64,000 bases of DNA from Planctomycetota bacterium (GCA_034211115.1 JAXHTH010000210.1:546-64545), one strand, 5' to 3'. Positions 28,576 to 37,802 are shown, counted from the first letter of the stretch. Notes: generated by a model from the sequence alone, not told the origin. Made by a program: numbers and translations.

Positions 28576-29639
28576 GGAGAATCACCGTGGCGAGCCGGGG
28601 GCGACGGCGGGGCGGACGCCGGCTCCGGAGCGGCCGCGTCGGGAAGATTCAGATGGCGACGATACCAGGGCACGGTGGCGCGAAGGGCGGCATCGACGGC
28701 GTGGCGGCGCCGCCAGCCGAGCACATCGCGGGCCCGCCGCGAATCCAGATGCTGGGCGTCGATCTCGCCCACGGCGGTGTCGGCGATGATCGGCTCGAGA
28801 TCCTCGCGCCCCGCCGCGATACGAATGCGGTGGACCATCTCGAGCACCGTCAGCGGGCGGTCGGCGCCGAAGTTGAACGCGCATCGGGCGGGATCGGCGG
28901 CGGGCGACTCGTCCAGCCATCGCGCCAGGGCCAGCAGGGCGTCGACGGCATCGTCGATGTAGATGTAGTCGCGGACGGGCGAGCCGTCGCTGCGAATCAC
29001 CGGACGGCGCCCGCGCAGCAGCGCGCAGAGAACGGACGGAACGAGACGGCTGAAGTTCACATCGCCGGGTCCGAAGACGTTCCCGCAGCGGGCGATGGCG
29101 ATCGGCAGCGCGTACGTCGCCGCGTACGACTGCGCCAGAAGATCCGCGCACGCTTTCGAGACGTCGTAGGGGAAGCGCCCCGCGAGCGGGGTGTGCTCGG
29201 TGTATGGAAGATCGGGGCAGGTTCCGTAGGCCTTGTCGCTGGAGGCGATGATGAGACGCTCCACGCGCGGACCGGCGAGGCGGCAGGCCTCGAGCACGTT
29301 CCACGTGCCGTGGATGTTGGACCGGAACGTCGTCAGCGGATCGCGCCGCGCGGCGCCGACGATGGTCTGCGCCCCGAGATGGAAGATCGTGTCGATCTCG
29401 CGGGCGCTGACGGCGGCGCGGACGAGCTCGAACTGCTCGAGTCGGCCGTCGATGAGGTGGACGCGGGCGGCGTCGCCGGACATCCGCAGCGGGGAGCGGG
29501 GATCGTGGTCGCAGACGAAGGCGAAGACCGTCGCCCCGCGGTCGAGCAGGGCGCGAACCAGATGCGCACCGATGAACCCGTCGGCCCCGGTGACGAGGAC
29601 GTTCGCGTTGGACCAGTCCGTGGGCATCGCCGGCATCAT
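28572..29639 (-). CDS. NAD-dependent NDP-sugar 4,6-dehydratase/epimerase (extended SDR)
   Basis: VLVTGADGFIGAHLV (Rossmann), ASSDKAYG and YDVSKA (catalytic YxxxK). The true start is ATG 29639 or 29636; the 795-aa ORF in the track is over-extended upstream. Confidence 0.9.
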   Translation of the reverse strand: MMPAMPTDWSNANVLVTGADGFIGAHLVRALLDRGATVFAFVCDHDPRSPLRMSGDAARVHLIDGRLEQFELVRAAVSAREIDTIFHLGAQTIVGAARRDPLTTFRSNIHGTWNVLEACRLAGPRVERLIIASSDKAYGTCPDLPYTEHTPLAGRFPYDVSKACADLLAQSYAATYALPIAIARCGNVFGPGDVNFSRLVPSVLCALLRGRRPVIRSDGSPVRDYIYIDDAVDALLALARWLDESPAADPARCAFNFGADRPLTVLEMVHRIRIAAGREDLEPIIADTAVGEIDAQHLDSRRARDVLGWRRRHAVDAALRATVPWYRRHLNLPDAAAPEPASAPPSPPARHGDSP

Positions 29640-29792
29640 GGTAAAGAAACGCGGCGAGGTTGGGGTCGGCGGCGGCGCGGGGGGGAGGCGGCAGCCGGTA
29701 CCATCGGGGATCGGGCCGCCGCGCCTTCGCGCCGCGGGCCCCACGGCCGCGCCCGGCCGGTCCGATCCCCCTCGAGGAGGTGACGGAAGGCG

Positions 29793-30932
29793 ATGCTGAG
29801 CTACCTGCTGCCCACGCGGAACCGTCCCGAACGCCTCGCGGCGACGCTGCGGGCGGTGGGCAACCTGTCGGCAGCGGCGCACGAGCCGATGGGCGGCGCG
29901 GAGGTGATCATCGTCGACGATGCCTCGGAGACGCCGATCAAACCGGAGGCGGCGCTCCGGAACGGCATGCCCGTGACGGTGATCCGGCGCGACCGATGGG
30001 AGGGGGCGTCGGCCCGGAACGCCGGGGCGCGCCTCGCGCGCGGCGCGTGGATCGTCATGCTCGATGATGATTCGCATCCCGTCGACGAGGCGGTGGTGCA
30101 GGTCTTGGCCGGGGCGGACGAGGACGTCGCCGCCATCGGGGCCGAGATCGTCCTGCCCGACGGACGGCACGAGGCCGGCGGGCTGCCGGAGGTGTTCGTC
30201 GGCTGCGGCGTCGCCCTGCGCCGGCAGGCCTTCCTCGAAGTCGGCGGCTACGATCGCAGCTTTCATTACTACGCCGAGGAATACGACCTCTGCGCCCGGC
30301 TGCTGCTCGCCGGCTGGCGCATCACGCACGACTGGCGCTGGACGGTGCGGCATGAACGTGATCCGCACGGGCGCGACATGAACCTGATCCTGCAACGCCT
30401 CGTGCGCAACAACGGCTACGTCATCCAGCGCTATGCACCGGAGGCGGAGCGCGAAGCGGCCCTGGAGAGAGTGATTCGGCGGTATCGCGACATCGCGCGA
30501 AGGGAAAACGCGATCGTCGGATGCGAACGCGGTCTCGATGACCTGAACGCGACGGCGGCGGCGCAGCGGAGACGACCGATGAGCGCGGCCCTGTGGGATC
30601 GGTTCATCGGCCTGACATCGGTAAGGACCGACCTCCCGGGCGCGGCATCGCTGCGGGATCGGCGGGTGACGATCGTCGATGCGGGCAAGCACGCCTGGGT
30701 CGTCCGACGCGCGCTGACCGACCTTGGCGCGGCGTGCGTCGATGACGAGGGTGAGGCGGAGATGCAGATCATCGGCACCCTCTCGCCGGGCCCGATGATG
30801 GATGCGTGGGCGCAACGAGTGCGGGAGGGTCGGGCGGTGGTGGCGCCCTGGCGGATCCCCGGCGCCGACGTGACGGCCGACGCATCGGACGCCTACGATG
30901 CCCTGTGCGATTCGGGGGATCTCCAGCGATGA
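29793..30932 (+). CDS. glycosyltransferase family 2
   Basis: LSYLLPTRNRPERLAATL...VIIVDDAS...ARNAGARLARGAWIVMLDDDSHP (GT-A with DxD). GAGGAGG lies upstream. It is divergent from the sugar operon. Confidence 0.8.
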   Translation: MLSYLLPTRNRPERLAATLRAVGNLSAAAHEPMGGAEVIIVDDASETPIKPEAALRNGMPVTVIRRDRWEGASARNAGARLARGAWIVMLDDDSHPVDEAVVQVLAGADEDVAAIGAEIVLPDGRHEAGGLPEVFVGCGVALRRQAFLEVGGYDRSFHYYAEEYDLCARLLLAGWRITHDWRWTVRHERDPHGRDMNLILQRLVRNNGYVIQRYAPEAEREAALERVIRRYRDIARRENAIVGCERGLDDLNATAAAQRRRPMSAALWDRFIGLTSVRTDLPGAASLRDRRVTIVDAGKHAWVVRRALTDLGAACVDDEGEAEMQIIGTLSPGPMMDAWAQRVREGRAVVAPWRIPGADVTADASDAYDALCDSGDLQR

Positions 30933-31528
30933 CCGATGCGCGGACCGACCAGATTGCACGCGAGGCGGCGCGCCTCATCGAGGCGGGCAAGGCCCGGACG
31001 GTGGGGGAGGCGATCCGCCTCGCCGCCGACGCACTCCGGCTCAAACAGGCGCCGATGCCCGGCCACGGCCGCGTGCGCAAGCACGCACAGGGGATGGCGA
31101 TGCAGGCGATGGGCGAACGCGCCTATCGACAGTCGATCGAGCACGTTCTGAACGTTGCCGAGCAGTTGTTGACGGTGCTGGAGCAGGGCGAGCCGGAGGG
31201 GCCGGCGGTGGTCGTGGGCCGGGCGGCAAAGGGACAGATCGACGCCGGCGTGACGCTGCACCTGCGCGTCTATACCCGTCGGCCGATCCGCGAGATCGTC
31301 GAGCATCTCGTCGCCTTCGGCTACGAGGAGCCGAGCTTCGAGACTGCGGACACGCGCTTCGGACGGCTTGACCGCGTCCGTTTTTCGGAAGAGGGATGCG
31401 AGGTGGCGCTGACGCGCTGCCTGCCGGAGATGATCGCGCACAAGGACTTCGATCTGTTCACGCGCCGTCCCATCGCGGTGGCGACGGCCGGTGAGCTGCG
31501 GCGGCGGCTGGCCGACGGCGGGCCCTGA
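30929..31528 (+). CDS. hypothetical protein
   Basis: ATGA overlap with the GT2 stop and good GC3. I recognise no family by eye. Confidence 0.55.
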   Translation: MTDARTDQIAREAARLIEAGKARTVGEAIRLAADALRLKQAPMPGHGRVRKHAQGMAMQAMGERAYRQSIEHVLNVAEQLLTVLEQGEPEGPAVVVGRAAKGQIDAGVTLHLRVYTRRPIREIVEHLVAFGYEEPSFETADTRFGRLDRVRFSEEGCEVALTRCLPEMIAHKDFDLFTRRPIAVATAGELRRRLADGGP

Positions 31529-31631
31529 GAAGATGGGCGGGAAAGTGCCGGGAAATCTTTTGCGGGCGGGCGAAAACGGGTGCTATTCTGTAAGGTGAAT
31601 ATCGCCCCAGGTTTATGGAAAGAGGAAAATC

Positions 31632-33404
31632 ATGCTCGCAGATGTGTCCCGCGATCTGAAGGGGCGTGGCCGGGTCGTCGCCGCGCTCGCCGTGACGATC
31701 ATCGTCGCCCTGCTCGTCGGCCAGCGCGCGCCGCAGCCGCGGACGCCGGATGATTCGCAGGCCCGGATTCATCCCGCGCTGAACGCCCGCCTTCAGGCCG
31801 AAGGCGCGCCCGTCAAGGCCTGGGTGTTCTTCGCCGACAAGGGACTCGCATCCGAGCGCGAGTATGCCGAGGCGATCCAGCGCCTGCACGAAACGTACGA
31901 TCGGAGGGCGATCGAGCGCCGTCGTCTGCGCCGCACCGCGCCGGGCCTCTTCGACAGGCGCGACATTCCCGTGGCGGACGATCATGTCCAGGCCGTCGCC
32001 TCGACCGGGGCGGAGCTGCACATCACCAGCCGATGGCTGAACGCCGTCAGCGCGTGGGTGACGGGCGAGCAGGCGCGGGCGATCGCCGCGCTGCCGTTCG
32101 TGAAGTCGATCGAGCCGGTGCGGCGGGCGCGGCGCATCGAGCCGCCGACGCCGGAGGGCGACGGTCCCGCCGCGCCGCTCGGGCGCGGCTTCTACGGCGC
32201 GGCCGAAGAGCAGCTCGAGCAGATCAACCTCATCGCGCTGCACAACGACGGCGCGACGGGCGAAGGCGTCATCATCGGCATCCTCGACACCGGCTTCGAG
32301 CGCACACATGAAGCGTTCAATCACCCCGACCATCCGCTGGAGATCGTCGACGAGTATGACTTCATCGACAACGATGACAACACCGCCGAGGAGCCGGGCG
32401 ATCCGGACTACCAGTACTGGCACGGCACGCTCATCCTCGGCACGCTCGGCGCGTACATGCCCAACGAACTGGTCGGCGCCGCCTACGACGCGTCCTTCAT
32501 TCTCTGCAAGACCGAAGACACATCGGGCGAGTACCAGGGCGAGGAGGACAACTACGTCGCGGGCCTCGAGTTCATCGAGTCGCTGGGCGGCGATGTATCG
32601 ACCTCGTCGCTCAGCTATCACGACTGGTACACCCAGGATGATTACGACGGCGAGACGGCGGTGACCACCATCGCGGTCAACGCCGCGACCGAGAACGGCA
32701 TGTACTGCTGCACCGCCGCGAGCAATCAGGGCCATGACAACAACCCGAACACCTCGCACCTCGGCGCCCCCGCCGACGCGTTCCAGGTTCTGACCTGCGG
32801 CGCGGTGGAGAGCACGGGCGAGATCGCCGGCTTCAGCTCCGACGGCCCCACCGCGGACGGCCGGGTCAAGCCCGAGGTCCTCGCCCGCGGCGTGTCGACG
32901 CACACCGTCAATCCGGGCGACGATGACGGCTACGACACGGCGAGCGGCACATCGCTCTCCACCCCGCTCGTGGCCGGCGCCGTGGCCTGCATCGCCCAGG
33001 CCCAGTCGACGTGGACCGTCGATCAGCTTCGCGATTTCCTTTTCTTTACCGCCGACTATTACCTCGCCAACGGCACCTACGACCCGCTGTACATCTACGG
33101 CTACGGCGTGATCGACGCCTGGGGCGCCGTCGCGCAGGACTGCAACCACAACGGCGCGTTCGACGATGAGGACATCGACAACGGCACGAGCGAGGATGTC
33201 AACGACAACGGCATCCCCGATGAGTGCGAGTGCCTGGCCGATTGCGCCGATCCGCCCGACGGGGTGGTCAACACCGAAGACCTGCTGGCCCTGCTGGGCG
33301 ACTGGGGCCAGTCCGGTACGCCGCGCGACATCAACTTCGACGGGATCGTCAACACCTCCGACCTCCTGATCCTCCTCGGCGCATGGGGGCCGTGCCCGGA
33401 GTGA
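31632..33404 (+). CDS. secreted S8 (subtilisin-like) serine peptidase with C-terminal dockerin-like repeats
   Basis: Catalytic triad motifs VIIGILDTGF (D), HGTLILGTLGA (H) and SGTSLSTPLVAGAVA (S), plus a signal-anchor. The tail is VVNTEDLLALLGDWGQSGTPRDINFDGIVNTSDLLILLGAWGPCPE. Confidence 0.9.
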   Translation: MLADVSRDLKGRGRVVAALAVTIIVALLVGQRAPQPRTPDDSQARIHPALNARLQAEGAPVKAWVFFADKGLASEREYAEAIQRLHETYDRRAIERRRLRRTAPGLFDRRDIPVADDHVQAVASTGAELHITSRWLNAVSAWVTGEQARAIAALPFVKSIEPVRRARRIEPPTPEGDGPAAPLGRGFYGAAEEQLEQINLIALHNDGATGEGVIIGILDTGFERTHEAFNHPDHPLEIVDEYDFIDNDDNTAEEPGDPDYQYWHGTLILGTLGAYMPNELVGAAYDASFILCKTEDTSGEYQGEEDNYVAGLEFIESLGGDVSTSSLSYHDWYTQDDYDGETAVTTIAVNAATENGMYCCTAASNQGHDNNPNTSHLGAPADAFQVLTCGAVESTGEIAGFSSDGPTADGRVKPEVLARGVSTHTVNPGDDDGYDTASGTSLSTPLVAGAVACIAQAQSTWTVDQLRDFLFFTADYYLANGTYDPLYIYGYGVIDAWGAVAQDCNHNGAFDDEDIDNGTSEDVNDNGIPDECECLADCADPPDGVVNTEDLLALLGDWGQSGTPRDINFDGIVNTSDLLILLGAWGPCPE

Positions 33405-33525
33405 TCGGCGCGAGGCGGCTCTTCATACGCATTCCACGTGGAAGCCGTGCGCTCTTCGGCGCCTGTTCGGTTGCGCCTCGTTGACTGATGTGCGACAGTG
33501 CCATCAGCAACGCAGGGAGGCGCCG

Positions 33526-33975
33526 ATGAAAGTCCGGGAACGATCGTCCGGGGACCGTCGACGGCCGGGGCAACTCGTCCGCCGGGAACGCGACGCCAGG
33601 CGGCGCGACCGCCGTCGCGCCGTCGCGCCGGCCCTGGATGGTCGCCGCACCGAGGAGATCATCGAGAGGCTCGTCCGCAGCCGCGGCTTCGTGCAGAGCC
33701 GGGCGTATGCGTATCGGGACGACGGGATCGAGGCGATCGCCGTGAAGAAGCCGCCGGGCAAGACGCCCACGTTGCCGCGGCATCGGTGGGATGGATTGCG
33801 CACGCGGCTCAACGCCGGTCCCACGGAGGCCGGTGGCGTCTGCGCGTTCGGCGGCCGTGATGTGCAGCGGATCCTCGAGCAGGAGTTCGGGGCCAGGTAC
33901 ACGCTGATCGGCGTGTACGAGCTGCTTCATCGTCCGGGCTTTTCCTGCCTTTCGCCGCGGCCCCGACCCCGGAAC
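33526..33975 (+). pseudogene. IS630-family transposase N-terminal (HTH/winged-helix) relic
   Basis: ...YRDDGIEAIAVKKPPGKTPTL......GPTEAGGV..FGGRDVQRILEQEFGARYTLIGVYELLHRPGFSCLSPRPRP follows the IS630 N-terminal domain pattern. No DDE domain follows, and the ORF runs on into antisense smpB sequence. Confidence 0.45.
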
Positions 33976-34050
33976 CGGACCTGGTCCGTTTTTCGCGCCA
34001 CCGCCGCACGACGGGGGGACTTCGTGCCACATGCGGAAGGCGCGGCGCAC

Positions 34051-34548
34051 CTACGGGAGTCGTCGCGAGACGGCGCGGTCGATCTCGCGTTTCGCCTCGC
34101 GCTTGGACATTTCCTGCCGCTTGTCGGCTCTTCGCTTGCCGCGGGCGATGCCGATGAGCAGCTTGGCGCGGCCGTGGACGAAGTACATCTTCAATGGCAC
34201 GATCGTGATGCCGCTCTCGCGGGCACGGATCGCCAGCTTGCGGATCTCACGCTTGTGGGCGAGCAGGGCCCGCGTCCGTGTCGGCGGGTGCTGATGATGT
34301 TCGCCGGCGGGGGGGTATTCGGCGATGTGCACGCCGTGCAGCTCCAGCGCGATGGGTTCTTCGATCGCGCGGACGAACCCCTCGGCGAGGCTGACCCGCC
34401 CGTTGCGAACGGATTTCACTTCGGTTCCCGTGAGTTTGATACCGCACTCGAGGGTGTCCTCGATGGTGTAATCATGCCGTGCGCGCCGGTTATGGATCAC
34501 CGGTTCGTTGGACCTCCCGGTCGTCTTTTTCTTTTCCTTGCGCGACAT
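34051..34548 (-). CDS. smpB: SsrA-binding protein
   Basis: NRRARHDYTIEDTLECGIKLTGTEVKSVRNGRVSL...LLAHKREIRKL...GITIVPLKMYF..GRAKLLIGIARGKRRADKRQ. Start is the ATG at 34548. Confidence 0.9.
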   Translation of the reverse strand: MSRKEKKKTTGRSNEPVIHNRRARHDYTIEDTLECGIKLTGTEVKSVRNGRVSLAEGFVRAIEEPIALELHGVHIAEYPPAGEHHQHPPTRTRALLAHKREIRKLAIRARESGITIVPLKMYFVHGRAKLLIGIARGKRRADKRQEMSKREAKREIDRAVSRRLP

Positions 34549-34842
34549 GGTCCAGGAACGCCGGACGGTTTGATTCGTGCGACGGTAGTTGCGCCGAGCG
34601 AGGGCGGCAAACACGGAGCTGGACTGCCTGCCCGATCACGCGCCGGGCCGTGAAGGCGCTGGTCCGCGACCGTGGTTCCGCAACCGCCTGCGTTGAGATC
34701 CGTAATCAATGGGTGCTTTGACTTGTGCTCCGGTGATGGCCGGGGCAGGATAACGGTGACGGGCGGTCATCGCGACCGCCTTACTCTACAGGTCGGCGTC
34801 CGGGCACGCGGGCGCCGACGAACTCCAAGGAAAGAGGATAAC

Positions 34843-37611
34843 ATGCACCGCAAATCTCCGCGTCCGGTTGTGGGAGGGGTTTTCTGTACCGCCGTGTTGC
34901 TGTTCGTCGCGGCCGCCATCGCGGCCGGCGAGGACCGGCCCGAGCGCGTGAGCGATCGTCATCGGCTGGTCCAGGTCGCGGGAGCCTCGGCGCCGGCGAT
35001 GGTCTACGAGCGGGAGGGACGGATCAAGCGCCTCTACGGCGCGGTCTTCGCCTCCGGGGCCAGCCCGCAGCGCAGCGCGGCGGCCTTCCTGGACAAAAAC
35101 GCCCAACTCTTCGGCGTCGAAGCCGGGGACCTGCGACCGGTCGGGCCATTCCCCGACGGGCGGCACGTGCAGCCCATCCTCTACGATGCGGACACCGGCG
35201 GGTATCGCTTCACCGGCGTCTATTATCGTCAGTTCGTCGATGACATCCCCGTCTTCCGTTCCCGCATCACGCTGCTGGTTCGCAACGAGGCGGACTACCC
35301 GCTGGTGCTGGCCGCGTCGGATCTCCGCAACCTCGCGGGCTTCGAGCCGGCCCCCGGCCGGACGCGACGGGACGCCGGCGCGGGTATCGCCTCCGCGCAG
35401 GTCATCGCCCCCGAACTCGTGAACTTCACCGATCCGCAGCTCGTGGTCTGGGCCGGCGTGGACGATCTGCCGGACCTTCCGACCCTCGCGCACACCTTCC
35501 TCGGCGACAACGGCTACCGCCCGGGCGATCCGGCCCCGGAGAAGTACCTGTTCGTCACCGACGCCGTCACCGGCGAGATCCTCTACGTCGAGAACATGAT
35601 TCTGAACGCGGACGTGGAGGGCAACGTGAGCGCCCTCGCCTCGCCGGACTATCGCGCCGATGACTGCGTCGACGAGCTCGTTCTGCCCATGCCGTATGCG
35701 CGGGTGAGCATCGGCGCAACCGTGGCCTACGCCGACGAGTTCGGCGACTTCGTGATTCCCAACGACGGCGACGACCCGGTCGACGTGACGTCGACGGTGC
35801 GCGGCCGCTGGTTCCGGGTGAACAACCAGGGCGGCGAGGAGGCGTCGATCACGCTGTACGACGTGATCCCGCCCGGCCCGGCCGACTTCCTCCACAACGA
35901 GAGCAACAGCGAGTTCACCACGGCCGAGGTGAACGCGTACATCCAGGCGAACATCGCCCGCGACAACGCGCTGGCCGCCAACCCCGAGTACCCGGTCATC
36001 GGCAACCAGCAGGACTGGCCGGTCAACGTCAACATCGCCGACACCTGCAACGCCTATTACGACTACTCGTCGATCAACTTCTTCCGTGACGGCGGGGGAT
36101 GCAACAACACCGGCTTCGGCGACGTCGTCCATCACGAGTACGGCCACCATCTCGTCGCCAGCGGCGGGAGCGGGCAGGGCGCCTACGGCGAAGGGATGTC
36201 CGACGTCTGCGGCTTCCTCATCACCGGACGCTCGCAGCTCGCCATCGGGTTCCAGAGCTGTAACAGCGGCATCCGCGATGCGGACAATACGCTTCAATAC
36301 CCCTGCGACGGGCAGATCCACTACTGCGGCCAGCTTCTCTCCGGCTGCGTGTGGGATACCCAGGAAGAACTGAAGATCACCGAGCCGGACGACTGGTACC
36401 AGATCATCCGAGGCCTGGCGATCAACTCGATCCTCCTGCACTCCGGTGACTCGATCACGCCGGAGATCACCATCGACTTCCTCGTGCTGGATGACGATGA
36501 CGAGACGATCTACAACGGCACGCCGCACTACGAAGAGATCGCGGCGGGTTTCGGCGCCCACAACATGGACGCGCCGGACCTCGTCTTTCTTGGTTTCGAG
36601 TTCCCCAACGGCCTGCCGAACATGATCGCCCCGGACGGCGGGACGACCGTGCGCGTCCTCGTGAACAGCGTGACCGGCGAGCCCGAGCCCGGGAGCGGCC
36701 TGCTTCACGTCGATGACGGCTCCGGATGGGCCAGCTTCGAGATGACCGAGGTCGAGCCGAACGTGTACGACGCCGTCTTCCCCGCCGTCGACTGCGCCGC
36801 ACAAGTCGACTTCTACTTCACGGCCGAAACGACCGAGGGCCAGATGCAATACTGGCCCGGCGATGCGCCGGCGGAGACGTTCTCCGCGATCTCGGCCTAC
36901 GGCCTGGAGACGCTGTTCGCCGATGACTTCAACGAGGATCTGGGCTGGGCCGTCTCCGGCTCCGTGACCGACGGACCGTGGGAGCGCGGCATTCCGATCA
37001 CGAACTGTGATCGCGGCAACCCCCAGGAGGATGCCGACGGATCGGACTGGTGCTACCTCACCGACAACAGCTCCGCCGACAACTGCAACAGCGACGTCGA
37101 TGGCGGCACCACGATCCTGACCTCGCCGATCATGGACGCCTCGGCCGGCTCGGCGCTCATCTCCTATTACCGCTGGTACTCCAACACCCAGGGCAACGAC
37201 CCGATGAACGACGTTCTTGAGGTCGAGGTGTCCGACGACGGCGGATCCACGTGGACGCCGCTGGAAACCGTCGGTCCGGCCGGGCCGGAGGTCGACGGCG
37301 GGTGGTTCTACAGGGAGTTCCTCATCGACGATTTCGTCGAGCCGACCGACCAGTTCCGGATTCGCTTCAAGGCCTCCGATCTCAACGACGGCTCCGTGGT
37401 CGAAGCCGCGGTGGACGGGATCGAGCTGAAGCGCATCGACTGCGAGGGCGGCCTGCCCGAGGACATCAACGGCGACGGCGCCGTCAACACCGAGGATCTG
37501 CTGCTCCTGCTCGGGGCGTGGGGCCCGTGCCCGGGTTGCCCGGAGGACATCAACGGTGATGACGAGGTGAACACCGCCGACCTGCTGCTCCTGCTGGCCG
37601 CGTGGGGCTGA
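34843..37611 (+). CDS. secreted zinc metalloprotease (M36 fungalysin-like / clan MA) with MAM-like domain and two dockerin-like repeats
   Basis: VVHHEYGHHLV (HExxH) followed by GEGMSDV (Glu ligand motif, as in fungalysin GEGWSD). A signal peptide follows MHRKSPRP. The C-terminus is EDINGDGAVNTEDLLLLLGAWGPCPGCPEDINGDDEVNTADLLLLLAAWG. Start is the ATG at 34843. Confidence 0.85.
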   Translation: MHRKSPRPVVGGVFCTAVLLFVAAAIAAGEDRPERVSDRHRLVQVAGASAPAMVYEREGRIKRLYGAVFASGASPQRSAAAFLDKNAQLFGVEAGDLRPVGPFPDGRHVQPILYDADTGGYRFTGVYYRQFVDDIPVFRSRITLLVRNEADYPLVLAASDLRNLAGFEPAPGRTRRDAGAGIASAQVIAPELVNFTDPQLVVWAGVDDLPDLPTLAHTFLGDNGYRPGDPAPEKYLFVTDAVTGEILYVENMILNADVEGNVSALASPDYRADDCVDELVLPMPYARVSIGATVAYADEFGDFVIPNDGDDPVDVTSTVRGRWFRVNNQGGEEASITLYDVIPPGPADFLHNESNSEFTTAEVNAYIQANIARDNALAANPEYPVIGNQQDWPVNVNIADTCNAYYDYSSINFFRDGGGCNNTGFGDVVHHEYGHHLVASGGSGQGAYGEGMSDVCGFLITGRSQLAIGFQSCNSGIRDADNTLQYPCDGQIHYCGQLLSGCVWDTQEELKITEPDDWYQIIRGLAINSILLHSGDSITPEITIDFLVLDDDDETIYNGTPHYEEIAAGFGAHNMDAPDLVFLGFEFPNGLPNMIAPDGGTTVRVLVNSVTGEPEPGSGLLHVDDGSGWASFEMTEVEPNVYDAVFPAVDCAAQVDFYFTAETTEGQMQYWPGDAPAETFSAISAYGLETLFADDFNEDLGWAVSGSVTDGPWERGIPITNCDRGNPQEDADGSDWCYLTDNSSADNCNSDVDGGTTILTSPIMDASAGSALISYYRWYSNTQGNDPMNDVLEVEVSDDGGSTWTPLETVGPAGPEVDGGWFYREFLIDDFVEPTDQFRIRFKASDLNDGSVVEAAVDGIELKRIDCEGGLPEDINGDGAVNTEDLLLLLGAWGPCPGCPEDINGDDEVNTADLLLLLAAWG

Positions 37612-37676
37612 GCCCCCGGATCCGTCCGCGGCCGGCAGGCCGTGCCGCGAGCGGGTTCCGATGACGGCAGACGACA

Positions 37677-37706
37677 GGGCGGGCCGCAGTGCGGCCCGCC
37701 CTTTTC
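37677..37706 (+). terminator. intrinsic terminator after metalloprotease gene
   Basis: GGGCGGGCCGC-AGT-GCGGCCCGCCC (11-bp GC stem) followed by TTTTCGTTC. Confidence 0.65.
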
Positions 37707-37716
37707 GTTCGTCTCA

Positions 37717-37802
37717 TGCCCAGAAGAGGACTCGAACCTCCACGGGATTTTACTCCCACCAGCACCTCAAGCTGGCGCGTCTGCCAATTCCGCCATCTGG
37801 GC
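37717..37802 (-). tRNA. tRNA-Leu (anticodon GAG)
   Basis: The minus strand reads GCCCAGATGGCGGAATTGGCAGACGCGCCAGCTTGAGGTGCTGGTGGGAGTAAAATCCCGTGGAGGTTCGAGTCCTCTTCTGGGCA. The 7-bp acceptor is GCCCAGA/TCTGGGC. The anticodon stem is CCAGC/GCTGG with loop TTGAGGT. It has a long variable arm (class II) and a GTTCGAGTC T-loop. CCA is not encoded. Confidence 0.9.

Noticed and set aside
28572-30959. 795-aa ORF (and similar over-long track ORFs: 3064..4989, 22742..24178, 24698..26341, 25882..27039, 61965..62999) taken at face value
   Set aside because: Only the C-terminal portions match known families. The N-terminal extensions are Arg/Pro-rich and overlap neighbouring real genes. Internal ATGs give classic 4- or 8-bp start/stop overlaps with the upstream gene, so the shorter coordinates were used.
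31458-33149. Very long ORFs antisense to recognised genes (e.g. 31458..33149-, 58894..61140-, 34786..36849-, 3061..4773+, 4433..6172+, 13373..14920+, 15299..16282-, 22538..23920+, 28587..29783+, 41124..42542+, 62906..64000-)
   Set aside because: These are typical high-GC shadow ORFs. Their translations are Arg/Gly/Pro/Ala-rich and low-complexity, with no motifs. In each case the opposite strand encodes a protein with clear family signatures and proper GC3 bias.
33405-34842. tmRNA (ssrA) gene flanking smpB
   Set aside because: Neither flank shows a tRNA-Ala-like acceptor/T-arm (GGGG... start, GGTTCGAATCC...CCA end) or a tag-peptide reading frame. The only tRNA-like structure in the area is tRNA-Leu at 37717-37802.
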